Shown in pieces: positions 13,201 through 27,790 of a DNA stretch of 64,000 bases (position 1 is the first letter of the stretch; every line of letters starts with the position of its first letter). The position numbers were made by a program, and so were the translations under genes. The notes beneath the pieces were generated by a model. That model searched no databases, was not told the DNA's origin, and worked only from the letters and a program-made list of their open reading frames with translations. Location of the stretch: contig CM082581.2 in the NCBI GenBank assembly GCA_040954595.2, positions 9,031,878 through 9,095,877 on the forward strand. The letters run 5' to 3'. Origin of the DNA: Balanoglossus misakiensis (taxonomy: Eukaryota > Animalia > Hemichordata).

Positions 13201-16200
13201 TGTAATATTTCTCAAATTTCCGGCAATCCGTATTAAGCCACTCACGTATAGAACAATAAACAACCTTCGTGGTCTGGTCGGGCTTAGATGAAACTTCGTA
13301 GGCCGGGCAGACCGACAGAACTTTTTTGCGCTCAGCTGCCGGTCAGATTTATCAATGTATTCATTGCGCCTCGGGCGGAATCGGAAAAGCATCGGGTGTC
13401 ACACGAAGCGGCCTGGAGAATCACTCCTCATCAAAACCTCCTTTCAACAACCGACCGGGTCGGCGATACAAACACAAAGTCCAAAAAAATTGACTTCTGT
13501 GCCCGAGGAATCCAACCGGTATTATCGAACCCACATACATGTAACGCGAGATTTTGACTCCAGACGGCGCGAGATTTAGATGACAACGTGGTATTCTTAC
13601 CCGTCGTAAAAATTATTTTCATTTTTGACAGGCACTAAGTCATATAAATTGATTTTTAATAGTACAAACAACCCATTCTAATGTCGGCTATTTGTGGTTT
13701 TTGTCCAGTGTTTGATCAGAAAAATTTACACATTTAAAACAGATTTGTTGAACTTTCCACTAACGGATCCATTTTAATATTTTTACGATAAAATATTCAG
13801 AGAAGAACAGTTTTTTTCATTTCCTTCAATGAATCTTGCATCTGACGATTTCATTGTTTGGTAATTTCTCGCTAAATTTGCAATGTCACTCTTAGATTGG
13901 AAAAAATGTAATTCACATGTTTACCAAAATCGTATGCATGCAAACCTCTTATGTTCCTAAAATTACGAATTTAAAAAAAAAAAAAGCTACAAAAATATTT
14001 CTATCCAACTTGAGTCATACGATATAATTTGTTGTCAAGAGGAATATAATGTCTTCAACTTAATATTTAAATTTGATCGTTAAATCAGCGCGCATTTTAG
14101 AAACTCTAATGAAGATCGAAATACAAGAAATTGGTTTGCAGTGGTGTATTGGTTTTTTTCTTCTCCCTATTTGCCTTGGCTCCGCCGACAGAGTCAATCG
14201 GTGACGACGATCTCGTGTCGGCTTCACAATATGAACCAAGGAATAGTGGTAAAAGGCATGCGTCGCGCTGCCAGGATCAACATAATAACCGAGCACCTGC
14301 CGACCAAAGTATTTAATCCTTTAATGAGACGAGGCACTACCATCCCAAAAAAACTCCGTCCTGTTTGTAAAAAAAAAATCTCCCCCTTTTAGACTTTGGT
14401 GTCCGCTTAGTGGAAACTCTAGGGAATGTTTTCCTAAAACGCGAAGGAACGACTTGTCTCCGGTGCTCTTTCTGCTGTTGATAAAAGGGTAAACAGTATT
14501 ATTGTCAATATTTACCGCCCTGGTTATTAAAGCTGACTATGTAACGTGTAATTATCTAGCTCATTTGCATATCCTGCTTCTGTAGTCGCTGAATGCACGA
14601 AATAATGCCGTGCATTCAACATCGTTCCTTTGTCGTTGCTGCAGCGAAACGGAGCCGATTAAACACCAACGGCCGATTGTTAGCGCTGGTGTTCAATCCG
14701 AAGTCCTATCATTTCTTGAACTCTTGAAAGCAAAAAGGGGCCGTTTAATGCCCAAAACACAATCGAAACGAAATAAAAATACTTCATATTATTAATTGAG
14801 TTAAAATGTTGTATTGAGTCTCACGTACAAGTCGTCGCCCTGGAGTGCGCCGCTGTCGTATCTCTCAAATGCCGAGGTAAAGAACTTAATTGTCGTTCGA
14901 AATGACGTGCACTGTGCACGATATCATACAATGCAAAGACTTCAATTATGGTAGTAAGTGTATTTACTGTGTGTTTTCTGTCTCTTGCGCGGCGGGAGGG
15001 ACACAGACCCCGGGACCGGCAATTATTTCTTGAAATTTAGGTTCGTCATAGTCGGGTTTTCATGTTTTACTCGAAGCGGAAGAGAGAGACGGGGAATTGA
15101 ACGGGAAAGGCGGCGGGTGCAAGTGCCGTTCCAGGCTGCTTCTAGCAGGTTGCTTTGAGTGTTATTCAGAGGTTGTTGTCCATTTTTTTTTAAATGTGTT
15201 CGATTCGAATGACGCGATCGCTGAGCACCGCCGAAGACACATGTAAGTATGCTTAATGCAATATCATTTTTGGCTCATCTTACGCCGGTTTGGGTGTCGG
15301 ATTCGGTTTAACATGCGACCAAAGAGGACAAACCCTACACCGCACCATTCCCCGGTTTGTCCAGTGTCGCGCCCCCGCCCTCTTAAGTGCAGTATTGTGG
15401 GCGAACTCTTACAAATCGTGAAACAGGACACCTAACCCGAAAAATCGTGTTAACTTCAGGGTCACCCAAACTTGTTTAAATCAAATTCTAAAGGAAGGTG
15501 GAAAGGTTATTCAAATGCGTTGATGCCGCCATGCACTTTCCCCACACGAGTGGGTCGCCCCCGAAATATCATCGCGTCACGACCTGTAGCCACAGTAACC
15601 GATGATTGCGTCACGGCGTCTATACCCTCCTCTCGTGATATAGATGTGGGAATGAACTCCATCATTGAAAGGTTGATATTCAGCCATTATAGACGAATTT
15701 AAACTCGTTTGAAACTGATTTGGCCTGAAGGAGCTAATCTCTGCAGGAGACTGGGTAACGCCACCTAATGAAAACATCAACATGCTTTATTTCGTGGTGA
15801 CATTTTGCAACATTTTTTTTTCTAAATTAATTTGGCCCCTAGGACGTTCGGTTTTTCAGTTGGGCCTTTATCTGGCTGACACTATCGCCAGGAGCACCAT
15901 GCATCGGCGAATCAGTGACTCGAATCGGAGATATCCAATTTGGATCTGCATGCTGGGGGATCGGGTTATTTTCATCCGCTTTTCAAGATAAATTGAAATA
16001 TAGCCATATTGGATTTTTTTCTCTCGCCATTACGATGGGTGCACTCAACTAAAGCAACGTTAGAAACTGTGACCATCGGTATCGTTAAATGCCTGTGACA
16101 GAATAGCGAATATCATCAACGCTTCTTAGGAAAATGACCCTGGTAAAATTTGGCACGTTAATCAGAGAAAAAGTATTGGGTTTGGGTGGGTTTTTTTCCG

Positions 16201-17633
16201 GTGTTTATTTGGGTAAATTTGGGAGTTTGCAAACTCTGTCAGCGCCAAATGGGAAATTTTGCTTACCGAGCGACCAGTACTGATTATATCGCCCTCTTTT
16301 GTAGTCAGGAGACTGCCTTTGTGATCGATAGAAAGGCTTTTGCATTCATCAGTGTACAGAAAACATTGTGTGCTCCTCCATGTATTTAAGCAGTGTTCCT
16401 ACATATTCTTGTTTGGGGAACATATGTTCGTCTAGTATGGCGATCGCCACAGAACAGAAGTTAGCCCGTTGTTTGGCGGGCAGTCCAATTGTGTTTACCG
16501 AACACTCTTGACTCCGCCACTTCAATGAACGACATCAATTGCTGGTTTTAACGTTTTAAGCGGCTATGTGCCCTGGGCTACTTTCTTCCTAAAAGTCAGA
16601 CGCAGCTATTCTTATTGGCACGTAATTGCTTTTGTTCGCAAAATCGCCACTAGCTTTCTGATGTCTTTGATGTTTTTTTTCCTCCCTGCGTGCTTCAATT
16701 CGGCGGCTTTCAAACAGTAGCCCATACACACGCTCTATTTGGCGCCATTGTTCCGAAGAATAGGAACCTATAGTCACCATCTTTTGCAAGCATATGTCTT
16801 AACAGAAATAATACAGAAACGAGCTGACACGGGCTACCGACCGATGCTTTTTTTGGCCGGGCGACTTGAAAACGGAAGTGAAAACAGCAACGCTCTCTGC
16901 TTCCTAATGATTCGAGTCAGTCTGACTGACCGCTGCCTCGGCTTGAGCAGTCCGAGCCCTGGAAAATTTCTGCATCGGCACGATGGCAAGTTCGTATAGG
17001 ATGTTTTGATGCCATAAAAATGAACTTTAAATGGCCTTTTTCGGGAAACTCGATATTTTGGCGTGACGCGTTTCGCCGCGCGCGCATGTGTACTGTCATG
17101 ACATCAGTGGCGTTAGATGCATGCGCAGTACCTGCAGTGTGCCACCTTACAGATTAGTTGATAAATCGCGGGCCAGAGAGGGCTGGCATGTGAAACCAAA
17201 TGAACCCTAACTAAACAATCCCTTCGCCGTTATCCCCTGTTAAGTTGTTAGGTAAATATTAGCTTCCTTGTGTAAACTCTCACTTACCAGTGTAAACGGT
17301 CACATTGAAAAGTAAACACGAAAAACCAACAAGAAAACAGTGATCTGTCAGCCCGGGCTGTTAATTGCCTCACTTACGTTAAAACGTCGCCTGATATTCT
17401 ACAGATTGCCTATGCGACGCAGAGGGCTGGACAGACAGGTCGTTACAAAATGCACTCGATGATCAACTGTCAGAGATCAAGGTGCATGTCTGAGTTTATT
17501 CTTATCAGTCGGTGTACATATATATATATTTCTCTCTCTGAGAATCTTTTGCGCGGCAGTGATTGAGTGATCACTGACGATGTTAGAGGCCATGCGGGTT
17601 TAGGATCAACGATCACAAGGCGGACCATCCAAC

Positions 17634-17697
17634 GATCGCCGTGGGGTTGACGGGGGATCGCCGAGGGGTTGGCGAGGATCACCAAGGAGTTGGCGTG
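17634..17697. repeat. Degenerate 20-22 bp minisatellite, 3 copies
   Basis: GATCGCCGTGGGGTTGACGGGG / GATCGCCGAGGGGTTGGCGAG / GATCACCAAGGAGTTGGCGT. Confidence 0.7.
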
Positions 17698-20600
17698 ATT
17701 CCGAGAGAAGAGCGACAGTAATCCCTCGTTTGAGAGACAAATATCTCGAGACAACTACACATAGAAGGATATGTTGCTATTTATTAGAACATACAGGCGC
17801 TGTTCGTCTCAGACTGTTCTGTTTTAATCAGCAGTCTGACGTTGGAGGCGTGGATGCATGACATTTCACAGTGTTTCCAAAAAACAACCCTGCCAACATT
17901 GAAGGTGTTCCTGTACAATCATAATCCCCCGGCAAAGACCTAATTGTAACGTCGAGAGATTTGGGAGCAGATCTTCCGTCTGCAGCGAGATCGTCGGGAG
18001 ATCGAAAACGAAAGCCAACAGCGTGCATTTTAAGAAGAAAAAAACGCAAATCACGACGGAGAAAATTTGTGATACGTTGCATCGAACGGCATTATGGCTC
18101 GTCGAGATCGTTTGGAGTAAGGGCACGGTTGAACCACTTCACTCCGAGAGAGAAAGCTCTCTTTTCTCTCTCTCTCTCTCTCTCCAGGAAAAAACAGTGA
18201 TACTGATGGATGACGTTGCCGGCGAGTGGATACAAATGTACTCTGTGATTAGAAGCTACACTCAGTCGCAGTGATCAACGGAGCAGAGAAATGGCGCTCC
18301 ACCCACTGGGTCCCGTCCTCTCCCAACACAGCAACTCAGCTGTGTCGACGGCGTGTACCTGAGTGCGTCGCCTACACAGTTTAATTAACCTTTCAACACC
18401 GTCTTCAACACAACTACTTTCAACGTGGCAAAATCGCGACTATTTGCACTGATCAAAAACGAAGAAAAAAATCCGCGTTTCTATTACTTTGCAAAAAAAA
18501 ATCATACGAAGTACTATTTCCTTTCTACAAACACGGTGTGTGTTGTGATGGTGTAATTTTTTTCCCCGAGCAGGAGGATGCGTCGCCAACTCGATATACG
18601 TAAGATTAGCTCACGAGCCATCGAGCTTGGAGAGCTTTTGTAAAGTATATCACCCATACATCAGTCGGGCCACAAGCCGAAGCCTCTCTTTGCAACTTTT
18701 GGGAACAGCTAAAAGCCTTTTGAAAGTATAATCAGGAATAATTTATAGGCGGTTTGTTCCTAATGGGGCCGTCGCACATCGTCTTGTTCATTTCCTCATG
18801 CAACCAACTGTCTGTGTGTACAGCGTGTGTTTTCCACCGACCAATCCACGAACCCGAAACAGCCAAGCAAGAACCCTAACCCCACTTGTTCAAAAAACAT
18901 GCTTCATTTTTTTAACTCAATCAATTTTCAGAAAAGATTAATTTACAACCCGACTGGTTGCTGAGTATATCTCTCACTGCTTTCCCCTGCCCATCGCGAT
19001 TTCGTTTGTTTTGCTTTTTGCGTGTTGGGTTTATGGATTTCGGAGGAAGGGTAATTTTCAAGGCTTCCATTAAGCCGTGTCATTTGTATCCCGGGACATT
19101 GACTAAGTACGGAGGCCCGCCGTCTCGTCTACCGGGGGAGGGGACTTACGCCTTGATGGGCATGCTACCGTATCATGTATTACAATGAACATAAAGCAGA
19201 TACAACAACTTGGCGTAACAGTATACGCCCGAAGACAGTGTCGGGCTATGAGCGCTATAAATTCTGGACAATTTCACTCTAATAACCGCTACCACACAAG
19301 TGTTTGGCGATAATGCCTATCTGAGCAAATTAAGTGGCGTTTTCCAGAAACTTTTTTTTTTGCATCCTCTACAAGGCGAACGCGGCAAACAACATTCGCG
19401 AGTCGACTCCCCCGCGCGCCCGCCTTCCCGCGCCGCTGTGTAATAGCCGGCTGATGTTTTAACAAGTATTCAGGCACGAATTAAGGGAAATCTCAAACAG
19501 AAATCACTCCTGACCCTTGACCTCCCACTTACAACATCATTGAAGAATATTACAGCAGGGGTTACTGTAGTATTTGCGTTGCTAATCAAAACAGAACAGG
19601 GGGAAATTTCCGCTTATCGCGATGGAGGGATCTGGGCCGTATGCGAGGCATACATCTGCGTCGTAATGACCATCGACACTGGGAGGAAACATGAAACGTA
19701 GCATACAAACACAATGGAGCCAGCGAGACGGGCTCCCGACGACAGATACATCATTGAAACTCTGGCTATAGTGCCTGCTGCATACTGTGTAGCCTTGCTA
19801 GATACATATACATATATACAATACACGGGGGCAATATGCCCATTTAACGATTCAGTCCATTTTAAATTCGATCCCCCTTTCAGAGTAATTTAGCGTCAGG
19901 CCATGCCAGCTAATCAGACCCCATCGCCGCTTTCAATCTTCCATAGGAAAAATTACCAATTAATTTTCAAAACGAAAATATCCCGTTTCGAGTCCTCTGT
20001 GACCCTCGGATTTCGAGATTTCTTATTTTTTTGTTATATTTTAAAGTCAGTTATCAGGCTGGACCGTCTATTGGTGGCTTAAACAAGCGCGCGTTGCCGA
20101 CACAACATCACGAGGAAACCAACAGAGGAGCGGAGAATGGATTTTAAGTGGTCATTGCAACCCCGTCAATCACCCGTCCTATCCAAACAAACCATTTATT
20201 TCATTGAAGGAGAGTGTATACGTTGAAGTTGTAAAATGTAATGATCTTTACGGCGAAAGGTATAAATTTTAATCCTTGAAATCCGAACATTCAACGTTCA
20301 CACATCTTCCTCGCCTCGTGTTATAATATAAACTTCCGCCAAATGCCCAAATGACAATCAAGCGTCATTAAGACTTTTAAAGAGAGGCATCGCCGCTGGT
20401 TCATATAGACGAGCGCATCCTTCAATTCACCCATATATACTTCGACATCATCCAGCCTCAGCCGCAACTGACATCCCCGCCAATTTCTTTTTTATTATTT
20501 CTGCTGCGTCGATCTGCCTTTTCGCAACTCGGGGACCACCCGCTTGTGTGTACAGAACTGGTTTTGATAGCGACGCGACCCTTGGTGGATTGTCTTACGG

Positions 20601-23600
20601 ACCCGACCGACATTGGCCCGCCGTGTCTGCGTGACAGTTCATCGAAATCTCCGCAGCCTCAGAGAGTTGAATAACCCACAGTACAATCGAGCAAACCCAC
20701 TCCATTTAAAAAAAAATGAAACATTGAACCAGTTTTTAAAATATTATAATTTTAAATACTTTGTTAATTAACCGAGTCGATCATAACCGTACTGGGCCGC
20801 ATAGGTGCTTGCGGGCCTGCAAAAACAACTTGTCCAAATTCCCGTGAACAGAGAGTTGAACAACTGTAAGTAGAATCATCATTTATATACACAGCAGGAA
20901 TATTTAATCCGTAAAAAATTTAATCATGACAATCACGCTGCGCCATCGATCTGAAGTCAATCGGGTCATCAATGAACGGAGCGTCGATGTACTTCGTGTA
21001 TAATAGATTCATGTTATTTATGCGTATATTGTCGCATGTGATGTTTGATTTCAAATACTGCGGACGAAGACACTCTTAAAAATGCCATTACATGGGCACC
21101 TGGAAGATTGCTTTCAATAGGATAATGTTAAATCACAAAAAAATGAAAATAACCTTGCGGTTTTGATCACGCGTGCGGCATTCATTATAGACTGACAATG
21201 TTTAAGCTTTTGTTTTTCTTCCGGTTATTGTTGCCGCAAGCCAGAAAGACTCTACTTTTTAATTTTAATTTCGGCGAAACCCGTGAGTTGTGGGCAAAAT
21301 TGACCTCAAAATCGTCTAACGTTATTCCTACACAGACGACAGAAATCACAGAATGAATTGTGTCCGGTTTCCCCGAGAAACGACCATGGCATTGAATTAT
21401 ACCCACATGAACGGTCTTCATTACGGTTGCTTAACCATTTCCGATTTCAATTAAATCCATTATCTGTACCGTTATGGCCGATCCTCTGCTCATTTTCGGG
21501 TTACAAATGAATAAACAATGCGTTGTTTAGAGATTAGATTTCCGAGAATTCCGAACAGCGCAGTGGAATGGAGTGCAGTGCAGTGCAGTGAGTAGCGGAG
21601 CGATTCATCGTACAGATAGCGGATGGACTCGACTATCGTTATTTTTTATTAACGCAGGTATGCGAACCACGTCTTATCCAATACACAAACGAATCACAGT
21701 CTACATTTTGACAGGCGATGGCTGTGCTCAAAAGCAGACAGGTAGGTTGATATAAAACTCAAAATGACGTAAAAAATACTATCGGTATCTCGGATGCTAA
21801 CAAATGCCTATTGTACGTGCATCGAAATTCGTTCGGGTGTTCAATTTTTCCATACTGTTTTCTAGCAAGAAGTATATTGGTATTCTATACTTTAGCTGGG
21901 TATCTTCGATACTTCAGCTGGGTATCTACGACCCGTGTGTTGAAGTTTTCGCGTCAGAAAATATACAACAAGAAGCAGGTCAGATGTAAACGTCCGCGAG
22001 AAAATAACTACATGTATGTTGGAGAAGCGACCACACATGCTCACACACACAAAAAACATGGTTTCAAACAAAGGGTTGTTCATTACAAGTGCATTGTAGA
22101 GTTCTGTTCCGGTGTTTGGAACGTTTTCTGGCACCACGGGCTCCCATTAACGACATCAACGTGTACATGACTGCATCGAGAAAATAGGGAAATCATGAAT
22201 ACTACATGCGGCTGGCAGACCACTGGAAAGGACACGCAGTCGTTTAGCCGATACGCCGGTGAGCACGGGACAACGACTCTTTCCTCCCAAAGTATACATT
22301 CATTTCCGCGAGCGTGGTTTGTAGATTTTTTATAAAATGGGCTGTCTATGATGGATTTAATAAGAGAAAATTAAGTAAGCTGTTATCCCTGGCGAAATGC
22401 GATGAAAATGGCGCGGTCATGCATGGTCGCAATACGTATTCGCTGGGTGTAATTAACAAAATATGAATTGAGATGTGTATATTACTGAACGTCCTGTACT
22501 ATGTCAATTTCAGTTGGGAGCGGATATACCCTACTACCAGCGTTTGAAACGTGATTACAATGATATGAAAGTTACTGCCCGAGTGGCGATCTGCCATTGT
22601 CAACAGACAGTCGATTTTGCAGGTGAAACGGAAATAGGCGTCGTGTACAACCGGAAGACAGTAAAAATAAAAACCCACTTACGCAAAAGATTGATGGTTT
22701 GTGTCCCTTTCATTTCAAAATGATTTTATTTCATACTTGATAAGCGTTGATACGCCTCTCGCCTCGCGGAAAAACCACGAATGTCGCGCCGTTCAACCCG
22801 TATAGGAAAACCGCCGTAACTGCGGTTAGGCCCGGCTGCGAGCGCCGTCGTCCACAAGCGCCGCCGTGATGCTCACACTTTACCAATGAAAACATTATCA
22901 GTATTGGCGACACTTCACAAAAACACTGAACGTCTGAAGGCATGTCATCTGGTCGATACAAGTACTGTTCATTCCAAAGATGAAAACAAAACAAAGCCGT
23001 TCATTTCAACTCAATTCAGTCCGATTCAATGCAATTCACAAACACTATAGAAACACTGATTCGATGTCACAAAAAATGGTATATTCAGCTTTATGTAAAG
23101 GCTTACACTAGTTTGTCCAAATCATTTACAGTTACACACAACAAAATTTCACACTCACAGAGCTCCAAAAATAATCCATTTTCAAATTATAGAAAGATCT
23201 TAAATCTTTATAAGGCCGCCTCCTTTCTAGGGCAAGGGCTAATTGTTCAGATATGTTTGTGTTTTATTATATAGCCAATTTCATTATGAAAACACTTTAT
23301 ACGATAATTTGATTTACTGTCCAAGCTAAGCGGTTTTTCTTCTTTGTCCTTATTTACAGCGGAAGAAATTCGGATACATCCCCCGAATCTGTTCAAACTT
23401 AAAACCTTCACATCTGAAACAAAAATCGTCACGGTTTTTCTCACCATAGTAGACAAAAAAATCAAAAATTTACAAGATAGAACGGAAACGGTGAGCCCGT
23501 AAATGAAGATGTGGTTTTAAAATCTAAATGACAATCTCAGTATGTTTTCGCAAGCAAGGTCAGATTTTCTGATATTTTGATCATTTTTTAGAAATGACAG

Positions 23601-24575
23601 CGCTAACGACTAGTCTGGGCCATGAGTAGCAAACCGCTTAGCGTGCATTGCATCTTGTTTGTTTGTTTGGTTCTTTGTTTGTTTCCTAACTAGACAGGCT
23701 TTTCTACAATCGCCATGGCAACGACACGTTCTCTTCCCAGAATATAGCGACACTTTTTACATTGACAAATGACTGCAATCTCGATGACGTAAAAACTTTT
23801 GAAATGAAGCAATTATTGACTCACGGGGGTGACGCCTGTATATGAATAATGTCAAATATTTCTCATAAAATAAGAAGTCAACACATAACGTTACTTATTT
23901 TCACATACTCTTTAGTTTACTGCTTATAACAATTCGTCTGAGTTCGTGTTCAGTTTACAAGTCACAAAACTTGTATGTAATTCAGTTTCACGGAGCCTTT
24001 CTTTTTCGCAATTGCCGCGGCAGTTGCGGTGTATGGGTGCTTCAGGAATAAAAAAATGGTTTCCTTTTCCTACCTATGCCAACTCAAACTTGAACTTGAA
24101 CTGTGCTGGTCACCAAAAGTTCGCCGTATGATCACGCACTCGACAGCAGCTTGCAGGCAAGAGTCTGCGGGATGACATACAGGTCGGCCAGTATTTTCTT
24201 CGTGTTTTTTTCGGTTTTCGCCGGAAGAGAGAATAAAGTTCCTCAACAAACCGTAATCCATGGATTGAAGCGACGTACAGCAAATATAAAAGACTTGCGT
24301 GTGACACAGGATTCCCACATTCAAGTTCAGGGTTAGCGTCATCAGCGTTCGCCCCTTGTTGTGACTTCTTCACGTCAGTTCGTACCAATATTTGGTGGGG
24401 GCTCTTTTCCTTACAGAGAAAGATGACAAAACGGAAATAATTTCAGTCTCGGGCTTCGCCATCGACTTCATCACATCGGTAGCAATCGTTCCCATGTAAT
24501 ATATGTATACGTTTGTTAAGTGTCTTTGTATTTTTGGGGGGCATTTTGTTTTAAACTTTGCAATTGCTGTGGTTC

Positions 24576-24813
24576 CTATGTAGGAGTACACGTCAGCGCC
24601 GTGCCCGAGTAATTCCCGCCATTGGTTCTGTTCTCGTCGGCAGCCCAAGGTTGGAGGTTCTGAAGCGCGTTCAGAGAAGCGTTCTGCATACACAGTGGGT
24701 CTGTCCTTCCCTCCTGTAAACTGAGACTCTTCATCGCTACTTCGTGTTGAATCGTGAACATAAATCTACTCGCTGCTTGTCGCTCGGCCTCTCGCTCCTC
24801 CGCCGTTTGCCTC
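24576..24813 (-). CDS. Tlx: Tlx exon 3 (C-terminus)
   Basis: Acceptor TTTTGAACAG|, encodes [16 protein letters not shown]...DPLC...[11 protein letters not shown], ends in TAG. Confidence 0.95.
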
Positions 24814-26323
24814 CTGTTCAAAAATATTTGTTTTCTCTTAATTAAAACGTGTCTATCGAGTGTTGTGCACGTGGAAATTTGACCACAGTTTACAGCAGAC
24901 TCTTACAGTATACAGGCTAATATGTAAGTTTACCCTTGGCACTGTAAACGGATCAGGAGTCTTTATCTCAATTCGCACGACCTTGCCAAACTCCAGCCTG
25001 TTTTCCACTCTTATCTAGTTCTGCGTGATGAATACCATGATTTCAATAACACAGTGTGATTGACTACAAACTATTTGATAAATTTATGGCTGTGCAGGGT
25101 GCGGGTCCGCTTACACATTTGTCAGCACTTGATTAAGGGATTTGCCGGGCACTCAACTCAAGCCGACGAGCTGTCCCAATCGTTTAACTCGTGAAAAGTT
25201 GACAAAATAAGGCCCCTTGTAAGTTGTTTCTCCTTTTAACTGACTGAATGGCTCTGATTGTTTTGGGAGTGGCTCTCGGTCGTCATTGTGACCCGCCGGA
25301 GCAACTTCAATTCAGGTTTTACAATTCCGTTCTGAGGGAAACCAAGAAAAACATATAGACTCCGCTTAGCTTACCTCCACTTAGTTCGCCTATTCTGGAA
25401 CCAGGTCTTCACTTGTGCGTCTGTCATTTTCAGTGCTTTCGCTAAGGCGGCCCTCTCTGCCGAGGCGAGGTACTTTTGTCGGTGGAATCGCTTCTCGAGT
25501 TCGCATATCTGCAGACGGGAGAAGGACGTTCGTGGCTTTTTGCGCTTCGGGGGTGTGCGATTCTGGTACGGGTGGCCGATTCTCCGTGTAACTGTATTAA
25601 AAGGAAAGAAACGGGACGCGAACAATTAAAATATATAATGGATTGGGGAGAAAAAGACATAAAAAGTACTCGAGGGAGTGCATATGCGTCTTAAGATCGT
25701 GGATCAACCAACTGGTGGACTTGTATCATTCTTTTCATAACGTGTTAAAGACTTAAGTGCGGGATATATATCACTCGATTGTGGTTTCGCGGCATGGTCT
25801 CCCCCACCCCTGCTGCGAAACGCCGCGCACAGAATTGAAGGCCAATTATTGAAAGTGTTTCCTCCACTTTGGTTTTGATTACAGACCGATGGTCTGATTG
25901 TGTGTTTGTTGTATACCTACCGGTGAGTCTGTCTTTGGCGAGCCGTCGCGACTCCATCCAGGGGAAGGTGGACGAGAGAGGTGCCGGCGGGGGCCGGTGG
26001 GCAGGCACTCGGATAACCCCTGTCGTCGTACTGTAGGAGGGAAGCAGCGGCTGCGGGTAGAGGAGCGCTCCGGAGGAAACAATTGCGCTGAACGTGGGCG
26101 AGAGAGGTAGAGACGATCCCGATGTTGTTGTCGGTGTGCTTAAAATCTGATTGATACTGAAGGAAATGTTCGCAGTGTTCGAGTTGCCCGTGTGTGAGTT
26201 GGGAGGTCGATCCCTCTTGCTTTCCTGGTCCGAGTCCTCCTTCTTCATGGTGCTCTCGCCCTCCTCTCTGCGCTCAAGCGATGATCGGGCACCGGTGCCG
26301 CTCTCGATCTCCATGTGTGGCAT
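24576..26323 (-). CDS. Tlx: T-cell leukemia homeobox (Tlx/Hox11-family) transcription factor, 3 coding exons: 26323-25921, 25591-25375, 24813-24576 (858 nt, 285 aa)
   Basis: Eh1/TN motif (SFSINQIL), [10 protein letters not shown] box, FPWME hexapeptide, homeodomain [58 protein letters not shown] with the Tlx-diagnostic Thr47, followed by [12 protein letters not shown] and the C-terminal [11 protein letters not shown] motif. GT-AG introns are phase-compatible (1 and 2). Confidence 0.97.
25375..25591 (-). CDS. Tlx: Tlx exon 2 (homeodomain)
   Basis: Acceptor TTTAATACAG|, encodes [24 protein letters not shown]...[10 protein letters not shown], donor AG|GTAAGC (phase 2). Confidence 0.97.
25921..26323 (-). 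CDS. Tlx: Tlx exon 1 (eh1, GVIRVP box, hexapeptide)
   Basis: [11 protein letters not shown]...[15 protein letters not shown] ends at donor G|GTAGGT (phase 1). The start could be the ATG at 26323 or the next in-frame ATG. Confidence 0.92.
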
Positions 26324-26467
26324 CTTTGGCCGTGCCTGTTCAATTTAAAAACCGGGGGACCTTTCACCGTGACTAGCTGTGACTTGTGTTATGTTAAACT
26401 TTTTTTTTCTCTCTTGTCAGATGTCCTGTCTTGTGTCAATCCCAACACTGCTCGGTTGTACCCGGCG

Positions 26468-26681
26468 ATGAATCAATGCGCACGACTTGTCATTTTGCAT
26501 CTTCGCCTTGCATGTCCTGTTTTAATCATAACCACCAGGAACCATCTCGTGGGAATACTTTCCCGGCCGCCCATTGGACGATGCCTAATGCCTGACGGAC
26601 GGCAGGCAAGGACTCAACGAAAGATAGGCAAATGAAAAGGCTGCCTAAGCCCCGCCGTGGGTGTGTCCACCTAATCAAATT
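26468..26681 (-). promoter_or_regulatory. Candidate Tlx proximal promoter
   Basis: On the minus strand: TGATTCAT (26468-26475), CCAAT (26573-26577) and GC-rich boxes. A paired-like P3-type site TAATCAAATT (plus strand) lies at 26672-26681. All are immediately upstream of the ATG. Motif matches only. Confidence 0.45.
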
Positions 26682-27752
26682 CAACTTCCATACATTACCG
26701 GGCAATTAGGAGACCTATACCGGCTTTATGTAAACTGCAGCTATATGCTGCACTGTTTGCCATACGATTTGCAATTAGCTGTACTTTTTTTTGATATCTG
26801 CTTTCAATGAACAATTAATCAACACCGGTCACAAAAACAGGCAGACGCCCATCTTTGAAAAAACACTGGTCGAATAAAAATCGCAATCGTGTCATAGACA
26901 CATAGATATCACACTGATTTTTCCTTGTCTCACCAAATATGCGCATTTAACAAGTCATTTCTGAACCCCCAAAATTTGTCAGGGCTCTTTCAGATGAACG
27001 TTTACAAAAAAGACACTGGACCGTGTTTTAGTGAAATTTTGTTCACCACGGGAATCGGGTTCGGAAGGGATATAACTTAGGATGGACCACAATGTAGCTC
27101 GTGAACAATTTGCAGACCGGCCCTACACAGTAGCGGTTTGCTGACGGGAGATGCGAGGTAGGGGAAAGCCTTTGCGTTTAATACTCCATCGGACGCTGCA
27201 AGTAGATCCTTGTACCGATGTGCAGTAAATTAAAAACGAATCGTGATTTTAAAACATCTTGACAATTCCAATTTCTAAATTCTGCACGGAGAGGCTGAGA
27301 CCCCCCTCCCCCTCCCCCGAAATAACTCCACCGGGTTCTCCTATAGTTATAGAAGTCATCGGTTTTATGGCGCTATTAACAGACTGGGTGAATTTTTACT
27401 TGGGACCAATAATCGTGATTAGTTCGAGTGTTGCTGCTGGAAACAGCAAACGTTAGCGAAAAGTTGCCCCAGGCCCAGTGTGGCGGGACAAACACGCTTT
27501 GCTTAGCGATAAGCTCATACTTTCAAGATAATGAAAAATCTTCATACACCTCTTTGTTACTGATTTATTTTTCATGGTAGAATTATTATTCCAAAACATT
27601 CTATACCCGTCCAGTGATATCACTGTAATCGCGACAATATTCGATGGCGATAAAAGATTTACCACAAAAATACAATTTGTTTAAACTATCACCTATGATT
27701 TTGGAAAGATGAAATATATCATGCTTTTAGTATGAGTGATGCATGTATAATT

Positions 27753-27790
27753 ACATGACATAACATAACATAACATAATATGACATAATA
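27753..27790. repeat. (ACATA)n pentanucleotide repeat
   Basis: acatgacataacataacataacataatatgacataata. Confidence 0.8.

Noticed and set aside
17634-17697. Short repeats considered as CRISPR-like
   Set aside because: They are adjacent degenerate units without unique spacers, in a eukaryotic context with no cas genes.
17961-18200. ORF containing RRKKRKSRRR, resembling the Lbx homeodomain N-arm
   Set aside because: It is not followed by TAFT...ELE...WFQNRR in any frame. The basic run comes from an A-rich tract.
25745-25920. C-terminal part of the 192-aa Tlx ORF (GRYTTNTQ...)
   Set aside because: Read-through into intron 1 past the GTAGGT donor.
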